Assembly: GCA_963674705.1 (NCBI GenBank)
Contig: OY771506.1
Span: 4,512,001 to 4,576,000, forward strand
DNA length: 64,000 bases
Direction of reading: 5' to 3'
Source: Phycisphaeraceae bacterium
GTDB lineage: Bacteria; Planctomycetota; Phycisphaerae; Phycisphaerales; Phycisphaeraceae
Made by a program: the position numbers and the translations under genes. A model generated the notes under the pieces. It made no database searches. It was not told the origin of the DNA and saw nothing but the letters and a program-made list of their open reading frames with translations. Of this stretch, positions 27,535 to 37,649 are shown in pieces. Numbering within the stretch: position 1 is the stretch's first letter; the number at the start of each line of letters is the position of its first letter.

Positions 27535-29316
27535 TCACGTCGCCTCCGTCGCAACATCTTCGACAGGCTCGGTTGGCAGTTTTGACCGCCTGGCCTGGTA
27601 GCGCAAACCGATGAGGAACAATAACAGCCCCACACCGCCGACGGTGCCGGCGACGAACAGGATCGCAAGCCTTCCTGAAAGCGGGTTGGGCAACAGCATC
27701 AGCGACGCGATGAACACGCCGATCGCCATGGCGAAACTGCCGACTACTTTCATCTGGCTGCCGTCATTGCCTTCGCCCACCTCGGTCTTGAAGTCGATCG
27801 GCCGATGCATGCGCTCGAAGAACTCGGTTGTCTTCTGCTTGTACTGGCTGGTCGCGGTCTTCCAGAACGGGATGGTCGCGATGTAGACCAAGGCGCTTGC
27901 GCTCATGTTGGTGAAGACCTTGTAGGAAAATTCCCATTCCTGGTAGAACCCGATCGCAGAGGGGATCGAAGCGCCTGCGATCGACGCCAGGGCTGCCCAC
28001 CACGGCGTGCGTTTGATGAACATGGCAAGCAACAGCGGCACCGCCATCGGTAAAGACATCACCGCACCGAGCGTCAGCATGTGTTCAAACACGCCTTTAC
28101 CCTCAGCCTGGGACAGGTACAACGCGATCAGGATCGTACATATCCCAAAGGCGAGTGACACCAGTTGTGATAAACGCAGTTGAGCCTTGCCCTCGAATGG
28201 CTTGATGCCGAGGGCTTTGCAGATCAGCGGGTAGATGTCGCAGGTGAAGATCGCGGCGTTACGGTTAAGGCCCGTGTCCATCGAGCTCATTGTTGCAGCG
28301 AACATCGCGACGACCATCATGCCGGTCATGCCGGAAGGTAGCAGGTTCATACTGACGACCGCGTAGGCCGACTCCGCCGGTTTGGCGATTGCCATGCCGT
28401 CGATCTGGCCTTCGTAAAGCAGACGCCCGACCATCGGCGGGATCACCCAGACGATCGCGCCTAAGGTCATCAATACACCACCGAGGGCGGCCGCTTTGCG
28501 TGCTTCGGCCCCGTCTTTGACGGCAAAGTATCGTACGGAAGAGTTGATCGTGTTGTAGCCGATCACGTTCTTGAAGAACATGGCCCCGGCCCAGAGGTAG
28601 GTGTAATCCGTGGTCAGCTTGTTGGGATCATGCGGCCCCTTCAGGGCGTGGAAACTCTCGGTCAAGCCGGCCTCGCGCACGCCGTCGAAGAAGCCTGTGA
28701 TGCCGCCGACCTGCTTCAGAGCGAGGTAGGCCACGAGCAGTGTGATGGGCATGAGGATCAGTGTCTGCAGGAAGTCGGCGGACATGACCGCCCAACTGCC
28801 GCCGACGGTGGCGTACACCACCACGACCAACCCGACCACGATGATGACCAGTTCAAGCTTGAAGCCGAAGACCGCGGAACTGAAGATCGCCAGGCCGAGC
28901 AGCCACAGCGCCGCGTAGATCAACCCCAGCACCATGTTAAGCCATGCATAGATCTGTCGGGTCAGTTCGTTGTATCGCTGTTCGATGACTTGCGGCACGG
29001 TGATCGCGCGCATCTGCCTGAACCAAGGCGCGAGCCAGATCGCGTTGACAAGGAATCCGGCGGAGTTGGCGAGGTAGATGACCATGACGGACCAGCCGGC
29101 CTCATAGGCCACGCCGGAAGCGCCGGTGAATGTCCATGCGCTGAACGCGGCCATGAAACCGCTGGCGCCGACCAGCCACCATGTCCCTTTGCATCCGTTT
29201 CGGAAGTAGTCGCTGGAATTGCTGCTGAAGCGGTTGAGTATCACACCCACCAACATCAGAAACACCAGGTAAATAGAGACGACGACGTATTCGAGAGTGT
29301 GACTTGTTTCAGGCAA
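27535..29316 (-). CDS. Sodium:solute symporter (SSS) family transporter
   Basis: SDYFRNG..WWLVGAS, GGSWAVMSADFLQ, LPSGMTGMMVVAMFAATMSSMD; many TM segments. Confidence 0.92.
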   Translation of the reverse strand: MPETSHTLEYVVVSIYLVFLMLVGVILNRFSSNSSDYFRNGCKGTWWLVGASGFMAAFSAWTFTGASGVAYEAGWSVMVIYLANSAGFLVNAIWLAPWFRQMRAITVPQVIEQRYNELTRQIYAWLNMVLGLIYAALWLLGLAIFSSAVFGFKLELVIIVVGLVVVVYATVGGSWAVMSADFLQTLILMPITLLVAYLALKQVGGITGFFDGVREAGLTESFHALKGPHDPNKLTTDYTYLWAGAMFFKNVIGYNTINSSVRYFAVKDGAEARKAAALGGVLMTLGAIVWVIPPMVGRLLYEGQIDGMAIAKPAESAYAVVSMNLLPSGMTGMMVVAMFAATMSSMDTGLNRNAAIFTCDIYPLICKALGIKPFEGKAQLRLSQLVSLAFGICTILIALYLSQAEGKGVFEHMLTLGAVMSLPMAVPLLLAMFIKRTPWWAALASIAGASIPSAIGFYQEWEFSYKVFTNMSASALVYIATIPFWKTATSQYKQKTTEFFERMHRPIDFKTEVGEGNDGSQMKVVGSFAMAIGVFIASLMLLPNPLSGRLAILFVAGTVGGVGLLLFLIGLRYQARRSKLPTEPVEDVATEAT

Positions 29317-29348
29317 TCTGATCGCTCAACTTTTCCGACTTGTTTGAT

Positions 29349-30494
29349 TTAATGCGAAGGAGTGAGTCGGGCCTTGGCAGGTAGGATACGCACATGGCCG
29401 GGGGTTGCCAGTCCGGGCCGCCCGGAAACCAGCCCGGGACCGGCTTCGGCGAATTCACGTGCCTGCTGTAACGCGGCGACCAGCGGCCTGACGCTGCGCG
29501 GCGGCACCGGTGATGGGCCGCCTGTCAGGATGGCTTTACGCATCTGCAAATAGAACTGGCAATGCGGGTACTGCCTTTCCTGCTTGTCGGGATCGACGCG
29601 CCAGGCGTTCTTGATCCACTTGATCTCATCCCGGTCGTATCGCCGCGTGGTTGACTTGAGTTGCCTTTCCAGGTGGCGTTCGGGCAGGCTGTCGAAGTCG
29701 GCGACGTGCCAGTGCAGTTCGTTGGCGTTACCGCGCAGGGAACCTTTCGTGCCTAGGATCAGCCAGAGGTCCTGGTTGAACGCGCTGACGTTGGTGATCT
29801 CCACCTGCAACAACGGCAAGCCGGTCTGGCGGTACATCAATACGCAATGGTCTTCGGTATCACCAAGCGTCAGGGCCGAGTCTGTATGAGCAAAACACGT
29901 CGGCGCATCCATGGGAAACAGTTCGAGCAACAGGTCCAGCAGGTGTGAACCGATGTTGTTGATCAATCCGCCGTTGAATTCGCGCAGGGTCTGCCAGTCC
30001 CATCGGCGAGTGAACTGGTGCTGCATCATCCGCGCCTGGACGATACGACCGAGCTGCCCGGATTCGATGATCTGCTTGACCTGTTGATAGTGCGGCTCGA
30101 AACGTCGGTTGTGGAACACGGCCACGAGGCGGTCCTGTGCATCGACGGTACGGATCAGCTTGTCCGCATCTTCGAGTGAACCCGCCATCGGCTTCTCACA
30201 GATCACGTGTTTACCGGCAGCCAAGGCTGACAACACGTGGCCCCCGTGCATGTGGCTTGGGGTCGCTACCACGACCAGATCGATCGAGGGATCGTTGACA
30301 AACGCGTTGTAGTCGTCGTAAGCCTTGCAACCAAACCGATCGACCGCTTCTTTCAATCGATCCGTGGACGAATCGATCACGGCGGTTACCCGGTACAAAT
30401 CCTGCATGGTTGCCAGTGCGTCGGCATGGATATGCCAGCCGCTGCGGCCCAACCCCGCGATGCCCACTCGGATAATTTTCGAACCGCCGTTCAT
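29349..30494 (-). CDS. Gfo/Idh/MocA oxidoreductase
   Basis: IRVGIAGLGRSG, DLVVVATPSHMH, GKHVICEKP, VFHNRRF, GGLINNIGSHLLD. ATGA overlap with the upstream gene. Confidence 0.92.
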   Translation of the reverse strand: MNGGSKIIRVGIAGLGRSGWHIHADALATMQDLYRVTAVIDSSTDRLKEAVDRFGCKAYDDYNAFVNDPSIDLVVVATPSHMHGGHVLSALAAGKHVICEKPMAGSLEDADKLIRTVDAQDRLVAVFHNRRFEPHYQQVKQIIESGQLGRIVQARMMQHQFTRRWDWQTLREFNGGLINNIGSHLLDLLLELFPMDAPTCFAHTDSALTLGDTEDHCVLMYRQTGLPLLQVEITNVSAFNQDLWLILGTKGSLRGNANELHWHVADFDSLPERHLERQLKSTTRRYDRDEIKWIKNAWRVDPDKQERQYPHCQFYLQMRKAILTGGPSPVPPRSVRPLVAALQQAREFAEAGPGLVSGRPGLATPGHVRILPAKARLTPSH

Positions 30495-31579
30495 GAAACC
30501 ACCACCTTGCCGGAAAGGCCACGACGCAACATCAAACCACTGGTTGCCAGGCCCAACAGACAAGCGGAGGGCTCGGGTACATTCGTGGCAGGCGGGGTGC
30601 CGGCATTCCAGTTACTAAGTACGACATCCAGGTCATCGAGGCCGACGAAGCCGTCGCCTGACGGATCAGCCGCTTCGTCCGCCGGGGGCACGGACTGATT
30701 CCATGCACTGAGGATGATGTCCAGATCGTCGAGACCCACGAAACCATCACCGTCCAGGTCGCCTTCGAGATAGAGCGCTGAAGTGGGCAGTATTTGCCAG
30801 TCATCGAGGTAGACGGTGGAGTTGTCGGTGCGGATGCCGGTCGTCCCGGCCGCAAGTGAATTGTCCGTAGCGAACAGGATCGGTTCGTCATTGATCAGGA
30901 ACGTCAGTTCGTTGCCGATGATCGCGAACTTCAGGTCGTACCAGACGTCGATCACCAGGTGACCGGTGCCATCAACATATTGCGAAGGCAGGGCGCCGCT
31001 GGCGAGTGTGGAGTAGACGGCGTTGTACTTCTTCTTGATTGTTGCTGTGCCGTCGTAACGGATGGATGCGACGTAGAGGTCGTCGGAGGTCTGGTATCGG
31101 CCGAACACGTGCAGGCCCGACCAGTTCTCCAGACTGCCGTGCCATTCATCGATCATGGCGCGGTAGTGGCCGACCTGGTCTGTCCATTCGATCTTATCGT
31201 CGCCGGCCCAGCCGTTGGCGATCATGCGGAACACGTCGTCGTACGTCACCGCCAAACCGTTGCTGCCGTCCTGAACGGACCAGAGGGAGCCGGAAGTAAC
31301 GTCAAGGTGAGGCAGCGAACTCTTTGTGCTGCTGCTTTCCAGTCGGACGACGCCGCTGTAGCTTTCGAAGTCGTCACCTTCCCATGACAAGGTGTCGGAA
31401 ACCGGCCCGATGACGGTCGGCACACCTGAGGGGTAAGCGTCCCAGAAGGCTTGCGCTTCACCGACCGCTGCCCCGCAGACCCCCACAACGATTATCAGAT
31501 TGACCAGCATATCGTGCTTGAACATATCCCACGCTTTCAACAAATTGCCGGGTAAAAACATCCCACAGACAACACGCAT
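30491..31579 (-). CDS. PEP-CTERM protein with dockerin-like module and ConA/DUF1080-like beta-sandwich
   Basis: WYDLKFAIIGNELTFLIND..GTTGIRT..VYLDDW, GDLDGDGFVGLDDLD x2, VPEPSACLLGL. True start may be 31525 or 31510. Confidence 0.85.
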   Translation of the reverse strand: MRVVCGMFLPGNLLKAWDMFKHDMLVNLIIVVGVCGAAVGEAQAFWDAYPSGVPTVIGPVSDTLSWEGDDFESYSGVVRLESSSTKSSLPHLDVTSGSLWSVQDGSNGLAVTYDDVFRMIANGWAGDDKIEWTDQVGHYRAMIDEWHGSLENWSGLHVFGRYQTSDDLYVASIRYDGTATIKKKYNAVYSTLASGALPSQYVDGTGHLVIDVWYDLKFAIIGNELTFLINDEPILFATDNSLAAGTTGIRTDNSTVYLDDWQILPTSALYLEGDLDGDGFVGLDDLDIILSAWNQSVPPADEAADPSGDGFVGLDDLDVVLSNWNAGTPPATNVPEPSACLLGLATSGLMLRRGLSGKVVVS

Positions 31580-31588
31580 CCACGATGA

Positions 31589-32446
31589 TTACTGGTTGCC
31601 CATCAGGGCATCATGCGAACCCACAAACCGATTGCCGGGGTCTGCAAGTTTGAGGATCGCGTCGTTACCGCTGAGTGATTCGGCGTGGCCATCGATAAAC
31701 GCGTAGTTGGCGTTGGGATGATGGCGGAAGTGTTCAGGATCAACGTGAGCGCTGGTCCAGCCACCTCGGCTGGGATCAGAACCACCCGTAACAGAGAAAC
31801 CGATCCACCAGTGATCCCAGTCGCCGTTGATGATGCGGCTGGTCGGGTGTGTTAATTCTTCATAGCGCCAGTAACGGTAGAAGCCGGCCTTGAAGTCCCA
31901 CGTACGGTCAGCGGGGAATGATGGGCTGACCGAGCTTTCGTTTGGATCTTCACCATAACGTGTACTGTCATTTTTACTGGAATTGTCAGGGTCCGGATTT
32001 CCAGCCCGCAAGGCTTTCACCATGCCGTAACCGGTCGACCATGATTGGATCTCACCACTGGTTGGATCGACTTCCGGTTCAAATTCCGGGCAGCCCCAGA
32101 AGATGTTGGTGTTATCGACTTCAACGTCCCGGTCCTCATCCTTGCCCATGTAGGGAGCAAGTGTCTGGAACCAAACCTTGGCTTGCGTATAGCTGATACC
32201 GGGGCCCCACCGGTTGCTTGGCAGCACGATCTGGTCCTTGGAATCCAAGCCGTAGTAGTAATGGCCCATGCCGATCTGTCGGAGGTTGCTCAGGCAGACC
32301 GCGGATCGTGCGGTTCGGCGTGCGGCGCCGAGGGCCGGCAGCAGGATGCCGACCAGCAGCGCGATGATGGAAATCACCACAAGCAGTTCGATCAGCGTGA
32401 AACCTGAACCCCGATCTGATCCTTGTCCGTGTATCTTCATACTCAT
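31589..32446 (-). CDS. DUF1559-like prepilin-type protein with H-X9-DG motif
   Basis: [42 protein letters not shown]-terminal [14 protein letters not shown]. Confidence 0.9.
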   Translation of the reverse strand: MSMKIHGQGSDRGSGFTLIELLVVISIIALLVGILLPALGAARRTARSAVCLSNLRQIGMGHYYYGLDSKDQIVLPSNRWGPGISYTQAKVWFQTLAPYMGKDEDRDVEVDNTNIFWGCPEFEPEVDPTSGEIQSWSTGYGMVKALRAGNPDPDNSSKNDSTRYGEDPNESSVSPSFPADRTWDFKAGFYRYWRYEELTHPTSRIINGDWDHWWIGFSVTGGSDPSRGGWTSAHVDPEHFRHHPNANYAFIDGHAESLSGNDAILKLADPGNRFVGSHDALMGNQ

Positions 32447-32630
32447 GATTTTCGCCTCGTTAATGCGGTTGTGGTGATCTGCGAGGGACCACGTTTTGCC
32501 ATCCTGGCACCCCCCCGATACGACCATTGAAGTCTACCCCGTGCTCCTCTGATCTACCACGCGATTTTACGCATCGTAACGCGTGGTAAAACGGAAACTT
32601 ACCCCGCAAAATCGTCGTAAATAACCCACT

Positions 32631-34292
32631 TCAACGCCCAAACGGCTGTGGCAGGCTCAGCAAGTTCTGTACAGCTTTATCACCAAGCCGGCACCGCAAC
32701 TGCTCCAGGTACAGGCTCTCGGGCTGGACGTGCCGACCGGGCGATTCGATGATCCCGAAGGTTGCTTTATCCGTCAGCCGCCACGCGGGATTCAGCGGCT
32801 TGTTTTGGGCCAGGTAGTCCTTATCCGTGTGCCTGCGGAATTCCTCCGGATCGCTGAAGACAGGCGGGTGGAATTCGCCGATCACGCCGATCGCCCAGTT
32901 CTGGCTGGTCGGCGGGTTGTGCATGACGTAGTGATCGACGACGCAGTTCCACATCACGTTGTTCGCGGCGGCCCAGCCGTGACCGGAGCCCATGTGCAGG
33001 CGGTTCTGGATGCGGATCGAGTGTTCAGGAATACGCACGTTATCAAACAGGATGCCGGCAGCCCAGCGATGGTGCGGGCCTGAATCCAGGTGTGATTGAT
33101 CCGCCCAGCAATCGACGAATGCGCTGGGGCCGGGCAGGCGGCTGTCGACCGCGAAGTCGTGTCGGCCGTTACGTGCGTAGCAGCGATAAAACAACGACAG
33201 TTGTCCCGCGAGATTGAACGGATAACGCCGCGAACCGGTGATCTTCGACACGGGATCCAGGCAAGTGCAACCGGCAACGGTGACCCACTTAGCCTCGCGT
33301 CTGATATCAGCCAGTCCGAAGCCGAAGTACATCGAGCTGACATCTTGAACCCAGACGTTGGTTGCTTTGTCGATGCGTACAACGGTCCAGCCATGTGATT
33401 CATCATTATCCTCCGGCTTGCCGGCAAACTCCGAGTGTGCTCGCAGATTTTCAACGCCGACCTTGTCGATCCTGCCGGGATAGTCGTAAGGATAGATGCG
33501 GCCGCCGCCGTAGCGTTGATCCATAGAGTTACCCAACGGTGCGTCGATCGTGATCCGGTTGCCGTCGATTGCGGTGATGACACGATCGAAGTAAAGGTCG
33601 AAGTCGCCGGGTTTCCAACTGCTGACTGGATTGCCGTCTGAGCGTGGCGGGATACTGTCCATACCGATGACGGCCATCCATTCGGCAGTGCTTGGCCGTT
33701 GCACGATGATGTTTTGCCCTACCTTGAAACCACTGGCATCATCCACGTTGAACGATACGGCGCCGACCGGGACATACACATCGATCACCTGAACCGCCTG
33801 GTCATCGTGGTCCTGCCTGCTACCGGAACCGCCTACTTCGATAAGCGTTCGCTTGACATCACCTGTTGCGATCAGCAATGTGCCGGTTTCGGCATCCTGG
33901 CCTTCACCACGCAGCACGACACCGCTGTGGCGCAGGTAGATCGTGCCGGCAACTTCGTACGTGCCACGCTTCAGCAGCACCGCGCCGCGGAAGCCGTCTT
34001 CATCCATCGGCATCGCGCCGACGCTGTCGATCGCTTGCTGGATGCGGGCCCCGTCATCACCATCGCCCGGCTCCACCGTGGCTTTCAACGCCACTTCGGG
34101 TAACGCGACACCACCGCCTCCGTATCCACAATTCGAGAAGTCGGGGATACGGTCGCCGACATCCGTGGTTTTGTACTCGAGCTTGCCTTGATCGTTGTAG
34201 TAAACCCATTGACTTTTTGGGTTTTCCGCAAGCGTCGTGCAGGACATGAGCGTGAGCAATAACAGGACAATGGATAAACCTCGGTGATTCAT
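32631..34292 (-). CDS. Secreted pectate-lyase-superfamily (parallel beta-helix) protein
   Basis: Signal peptide, IPDFSNCGYGGGG, DDGARIQQAID, GAVLLKRGTY, SGVVLRGEG, RHDF, SGPHHRWA.GILFDN. Confidence 0.75.
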   Translation of the reverse strand: MNHRGLSIVLLLLTLMSCTTLAENPKSQWVYYNDQGKLEYKTTDVGDRIPDFSNCGYGGGGVALPEVALKATVEPGDGDDGARIQQAIDSVGAMPMDEDGFRGAVLLKRGTYEVAGTIYLRHSGVVLRGEGQDAETGTLLIATGDVKRTLIEVGGSGSRQDHDDQAVQVIDVYVPVGAVSFNVDDASGFKVGQNIIVQRPSTAEWMAVIGMDSIPPRSDGNPVSSWKPGDFDLYFDRVITAIDGNRITIDAPLGNSMDQRYGGGRIYPYDYPGRIDKVGVENLRAHSEFAGKPEDNDESHGWTVVRIDKATNVWVQDVSSMYFGFGLADIRREAKWVTVAGCTCLDPVSKITGSRRYPFNLAGQLSLFYRCYARNGRHDFAVDSRLPGPSAFVDCWADQSHLDSGPHHRWAAGILFDNVRIPEHSIRIQNRLHMGSGHGWAAANNVMWNCVVDHYVMHNPPTSQNWAIGVIGEFHPPVFSDPEEFRRHTDKDYLAQNKPLNPAWRLTDKATFGIIESPGRHVQPESLYLEQLRCRLGDKAVQNLLSLPQPFGR

Positions 34293-34359
34293 CTTCGGTC
34301 CACCTTCAAACAGGAGTCAGGTTGTTACAGATGCCTCGCAATGGGCGATAGACATCACG

Positions 34360-35529
34360 CTAATAGTTACTAGGCTGCCGGCGGAACTCGCTCGGCGACT
34401 TGCCCGCGATACGTCTGAAAACCATATTCATCTGTGGCGTGCTGCTGAATCCTGAGCGCGCCGCGATCTTAGATATCGGTAGTTCGGTCTCGGTGAGTAA
34501 CCGTTTGGCCTGCTCGATATGCACGCGATGAATCTCGGCAAGGGGCGTGCGGTTAAGCAAAGCCTTGAACTTGTGTTCAAGCGAACGCCGGGAAATCGCC
34601 ACCACGTCCAGCACATCCTCCACCTGGATTGGCTTGTCCGCATTTTCACGGATGAACAGCAGCGCCTTGGAAACGACCGGGTCCGCGGTGATCGTGATAT
34701 CCGTGGATCGGCGCGTGACGACCGAAGTCGGTGAAAACAGGATCGATCCGCCATCGACCTTTTCGCCTTGCATCAGTTTGTCCAGCACGTGGGCGGCTTC
34801 GTAACCGACCTGCTCCATCGGCGATCGTACGCTTGACAATTGCGGGTAAGCGAACTGGCAGACCATCTCGTCATCATCAGCGCCGACCAGGCCGACCTGC
34901 TCCGGCACCGTTAAACCGATCTGCCGACACACCTCGCTGAGCGTGAAACCCAGGTAATCCTGGTAGGCGAACAGGCCGATTGGTTTCGGCAAGCTCTCAA
35001 TCCATTCTCGCAAGTGTGTCTGGGCTTTATCGGATAATCCGTCACGGATCGGGGCGCCGTTGCTCGTTTCATCCGACCATTCAAACTCATGACATTCGAT
35101 CCCGGCGTCTTTGCATTGCTTAAGAAAACCGTCACGCCGATCGATCCCATAGACACGGGTCATGTCGCCGCAGAACGCCAGCCTGGGATACCCGCGATCG
35201 ATCAGGTGCTTGGCGGCGAGTTGTCCGACCTCGGAGTCCTTGATGCCCACGGTGAGGAACGCGCCATCGCGCAAACCCCGGGACACGTTAACGACGGGAC
35301 ATCCCAGCTTCTTCACGGCGGGGTAAAGGTCTTCGCTGCCGCAGTGGATGATCAAACCGGTCGGTTTCCAATCGCGCACCTCGTCCAGGCGTTCGGGTTC
35401 ATTCGAGGCGATACGCAGAAGCCACGGCTGGAAAGGCCGGGCATAAGTACCTATTCCCTGCGAGATTCTTCGACAAAAACTCGAACGGGTGGACATGAGC
35501 ACCGCAACACGATCCAGTTTTTCGTTCAT
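34360..35529 (-). CDS. XylR-type regulator (periplasmic-binding-fold sensor plus AraC HTH)
   Basis: WIESLPKPIGLFA, VPEQVGLVGADDD, LSSV, C-terminal ISRRSLEHKF..AKRLL..IAARSGFSS..SPSEFR. Confidence 0.9.
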   Translation of the reverse strand: MNEKLDRVAVLMSTRSSFCRRISQGIGTYARPFQPWLLRIASNEPERLDEVRDWKPTGLIIHCGSEDLYPAVKKLGCPVVNVSRGLRDGAFLTVGIKDSEVGQLAAKHLIDRGYPRLAFCGDMTRVYGIDRRDGFLKQCKDAGIECHEFEWSDETSNGAPIRDGLSDKAQTHLREWIESLPKPIGLFAYQDYLGFTLSEVCRQIGLTVPEQVGLVGADDDEMVCQFAYPQLSSVRSPMEQVGYEAAHVLDKLMQGEKVDGGSILFSPTSVVTRRSTDITITADPVVSKALLFIRENADKPIQVEDVLDVVAISRRSLEHKFKALLNRTPLAEIHRVHIEQAKRLLTETELPISKIAARSGFSSTPQMNMVFRRIAGKSPSEFRRQPSNY

Positions 35530-35619
35530 GTCGGGCTCTCCAACGTCTTACAAGGCCTAAACCATGCAAATAGCGTTATTAATATACGCTCAGTATGCAT
35601 ATCCGGTAAATACGATATC

Positions 35620-36537
35620 TCAAGTCTTCCCTTCAGGAATTGACACACAGGTGTTGGTCATCGCCTCAACAATACGGACTACCTCCAGCATGCGCTGCGC
35701 GTCATGTTCATCACGATGAGGATCCATGGCGAAGTCGAGGATAGCGAGCAACAATCTCTCATTGCACACTTTCGAGTCATATCCAAGATCGATGGACAGG
35801 GCCTCACCAGGTTTTTGCACTTTTGCTTCAAAAGATACTTGCGATCGACTATACCCACGCAGCCCAGCCACACGATCATCTTGCCAATGGATGGTGGTCT
35901 GCTCGGTGTCTTCCGACACGGTTCTATCCAGGCTGCGCCAGGCAGGGCCGTAGAAGTCGACCGCCAGATCTACCAGGTGGACGCCGTACCACAGCGGCGG
36001 GGGCAAGGTATCGTGGGGCGGCATCGGGCCGATGATTTCGATGCTTGTTGATGATTCTGAAGCGGTGTTGCTTGAACGTAACTGGCACCATCCGGGGCTG
36101 AACCTAACAGAAGATGCGCTGAATATTCTGCCCCCGACCCCCTGCGCCTTATCTAGCATGGACTGTGCTTGATCCGAAGTCGGTGCGAGGAACTTCTCAA
36201 CGTAGATCGGCTTGCCGGAACCGACAACGTGCTGAAAGCACTGGTATCGGTCTTCAGCATCGGCGGATAACAACAGTAAAACATCGCACGCTTCCGCAAC
36301 CTCTTCCGGCGTGTTACACAGTGACACGCCATATTCACGTTCAAGCTGCTCGCCGTGACGTCTTGCGCGTTCGGCATCGAGCATGTTGTTACGGCTGGGC
36401 CAGGCACATGCTTTAGTGATTCGGACAATGCATGGCAGATCGCTGCTGTCGGTATCAGATAACAGCTTCGCAAACGCGATGCTGCGTGAACTATCCAATC
36501 CAATCATACCGATCCGAATAAAGCTCTTCATGCTCAT
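35620..36537 (-). CDS. Gfo/Idh/MocA-family oxidoreductase, divergent
   Basis: IRIGMIGLDSS, GKPIYVEK, FSASSVRF, WYGVH. Confidence 0.75.
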   Translation of the reverse strand: MSMKSFIRIGMIGLDSSRSIAFAKLLSDTDSSDLPCIVRITKACAWPSRNNMLDAERARRHGEQLEREYGVSLCNTPEEVAEACDVLLLLSADAEDRYQCFQHVVGSGKPIYVEKFLAPTSDQAQSMLDKAQGVGGRIFSASSVRFSPGWCQLRSSNTASESSTSIEIIGPMPPHDTLPPPLWYGVHLVDLAVDFYGPAWRSLDRTVSEDTEQTTIHWQDDRVAGLRGYSRSQVSFEAKVQKPGEALSIDLGYDSKVCNERLLLAILDFAMDPHRDEHDAQRMLEVVRIVEAMTNTCVSIPEGKT

Positions 36538-36555
36538 CTACCCTCACATAACGAC

Positions 36556-37647
36556 TCAGGCATCAAGCCAGGCATCACGATTCGCTTCGACAAATTCATC
36601 ATCACAGAGATGGGGATAGCTCTTGTAGACGCGTTCGATTTCTTCGAGTTGGCCCGGGCCCAAGGATTCGCAGCTATTTAGGCAGCGTTTCTCAGCGAGT
36701 AAACCCTGCCGCCAAAGCACTTCGTGCAATCCCATGATGCAACCTTTAAAGCGATTTGCTGCATCAAAGAATGCGGCGTTTGCGTCTGTCACTTCATTTG
36801 CCAGGCATAGCAGATCACGTGGTATCGGCTCGCCGGAATCCGCAACGGCACGGCAGCGATCGAATATCTGAACCGCTGTGCGTGTCCATACCGACCAGTG
36901 GCCAAGCAAACCGCCGATGATCCGTCGCTCTACCTGTTTGCCGTTGACTTCAAAGCGATAGGTTGAGAGCAGGTCGATCACGATGTTGTCATCGTTGCCT
37001 GTGTATAGCGCGATGTCGTCGCGGCCGGCTTCCGCAACCGCCCGTACGACATCGAGCGTCTGGTAGCGATTAAAGGGCGCTATCTTGATCGCACACACCG
37101 AGGGGATTTCGGCGAATTCGCGCCAGAACGCGTAAGACAACGCGCGGCCACCCACCGAGGGTTGAAGGTAAAAACCAATCAGGGGGATGATCTGACCGAT
37201 CATCCTGCAATGATCGAGCAATTCATCCTGACTCAGCTTTTCAAGACCCGCCAGGGAAAGCAAACCCGCATCGTATCCCAGGTCGTGCAGTATGGATGCT
37301 TCGCGTATCGCCTGTGTCGTTTGGCCGCAGACCCCCCCCACCATGGCAACGGGATGATTGTGTTGCTTTGATTCAGTCATCGCGAGTTCGAGCACCGGCC
37401 GGTACAAGCCGGTTTCAGGATCGTGTATCTCGAACTGCGTGGTATGCACCGCGACCGCCAGGCCGCCAGAGCCGGCCGCGAGGTAATAACGGCTTAATGC
37501 GCGTTGACGGCGTTCATCCAGTCGGCCTGATGATGTCAGCGCCAGCGGGTGCGCCGGTATCGCGACGCCTTTAGACAACATGGCCAATCCGGCTGACTCC
37601 GGTTGCGTATTGGCGACTGTTTCGTTGAAAGTGTTCGATGAACTCAT
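36556..37647 (-). CDS. DHDPS/N-acetylneuraminate-lyase superfamily aldolase (VHTTQF subfamily)
   Basis: IPAHPLAL, GGLAVAVHTTQFEI, GFYLQPSVGG, Schiff-base Lys in AIKIAPF, LYTGNDD. Confidence 0.85.
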   Translation of the reverse strand: MSSSNTFNETVANTQPESAGLAMLSKGVAIPAHPLALTSSGRLDERRQRALSRYYLAAGSGGLAVAVHTTQFEIHDPETGLYRPVLELAMTESKQHNHPVAMVGGVCGQTTQAIREASILHDLGYDAGLLSLAGLEKLSQDELLDHCRMIGQIIPLIGFYLQPSVGGRALSYAFWREFAEIPSVCAIKIAPFNRYQTLDVVRAVAEAGRDDIALYTGNDDNIVIDLLSTYRFEVNGKQVERRIIGGLLGHWSVWTRTAVQIFDRCRAVADSGEPIPRDLLCLANEVTDANAAFFDAANRFKGCIMGLHEVLWRQGLLAEKRCLNSCESLGPGQLEEIERVYKSYPHLCDDEFVEANRDAWLDA

Positions 37648-37649
37648 GA

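Noticed and set aside
32555..32588. Hairpin TACCACGCG..CGCGTGGTA as an attenuator
   Set aside because: No clear U-tract on the coding strand and no alternative structure seen; it could be an ordinary stabilising stem.
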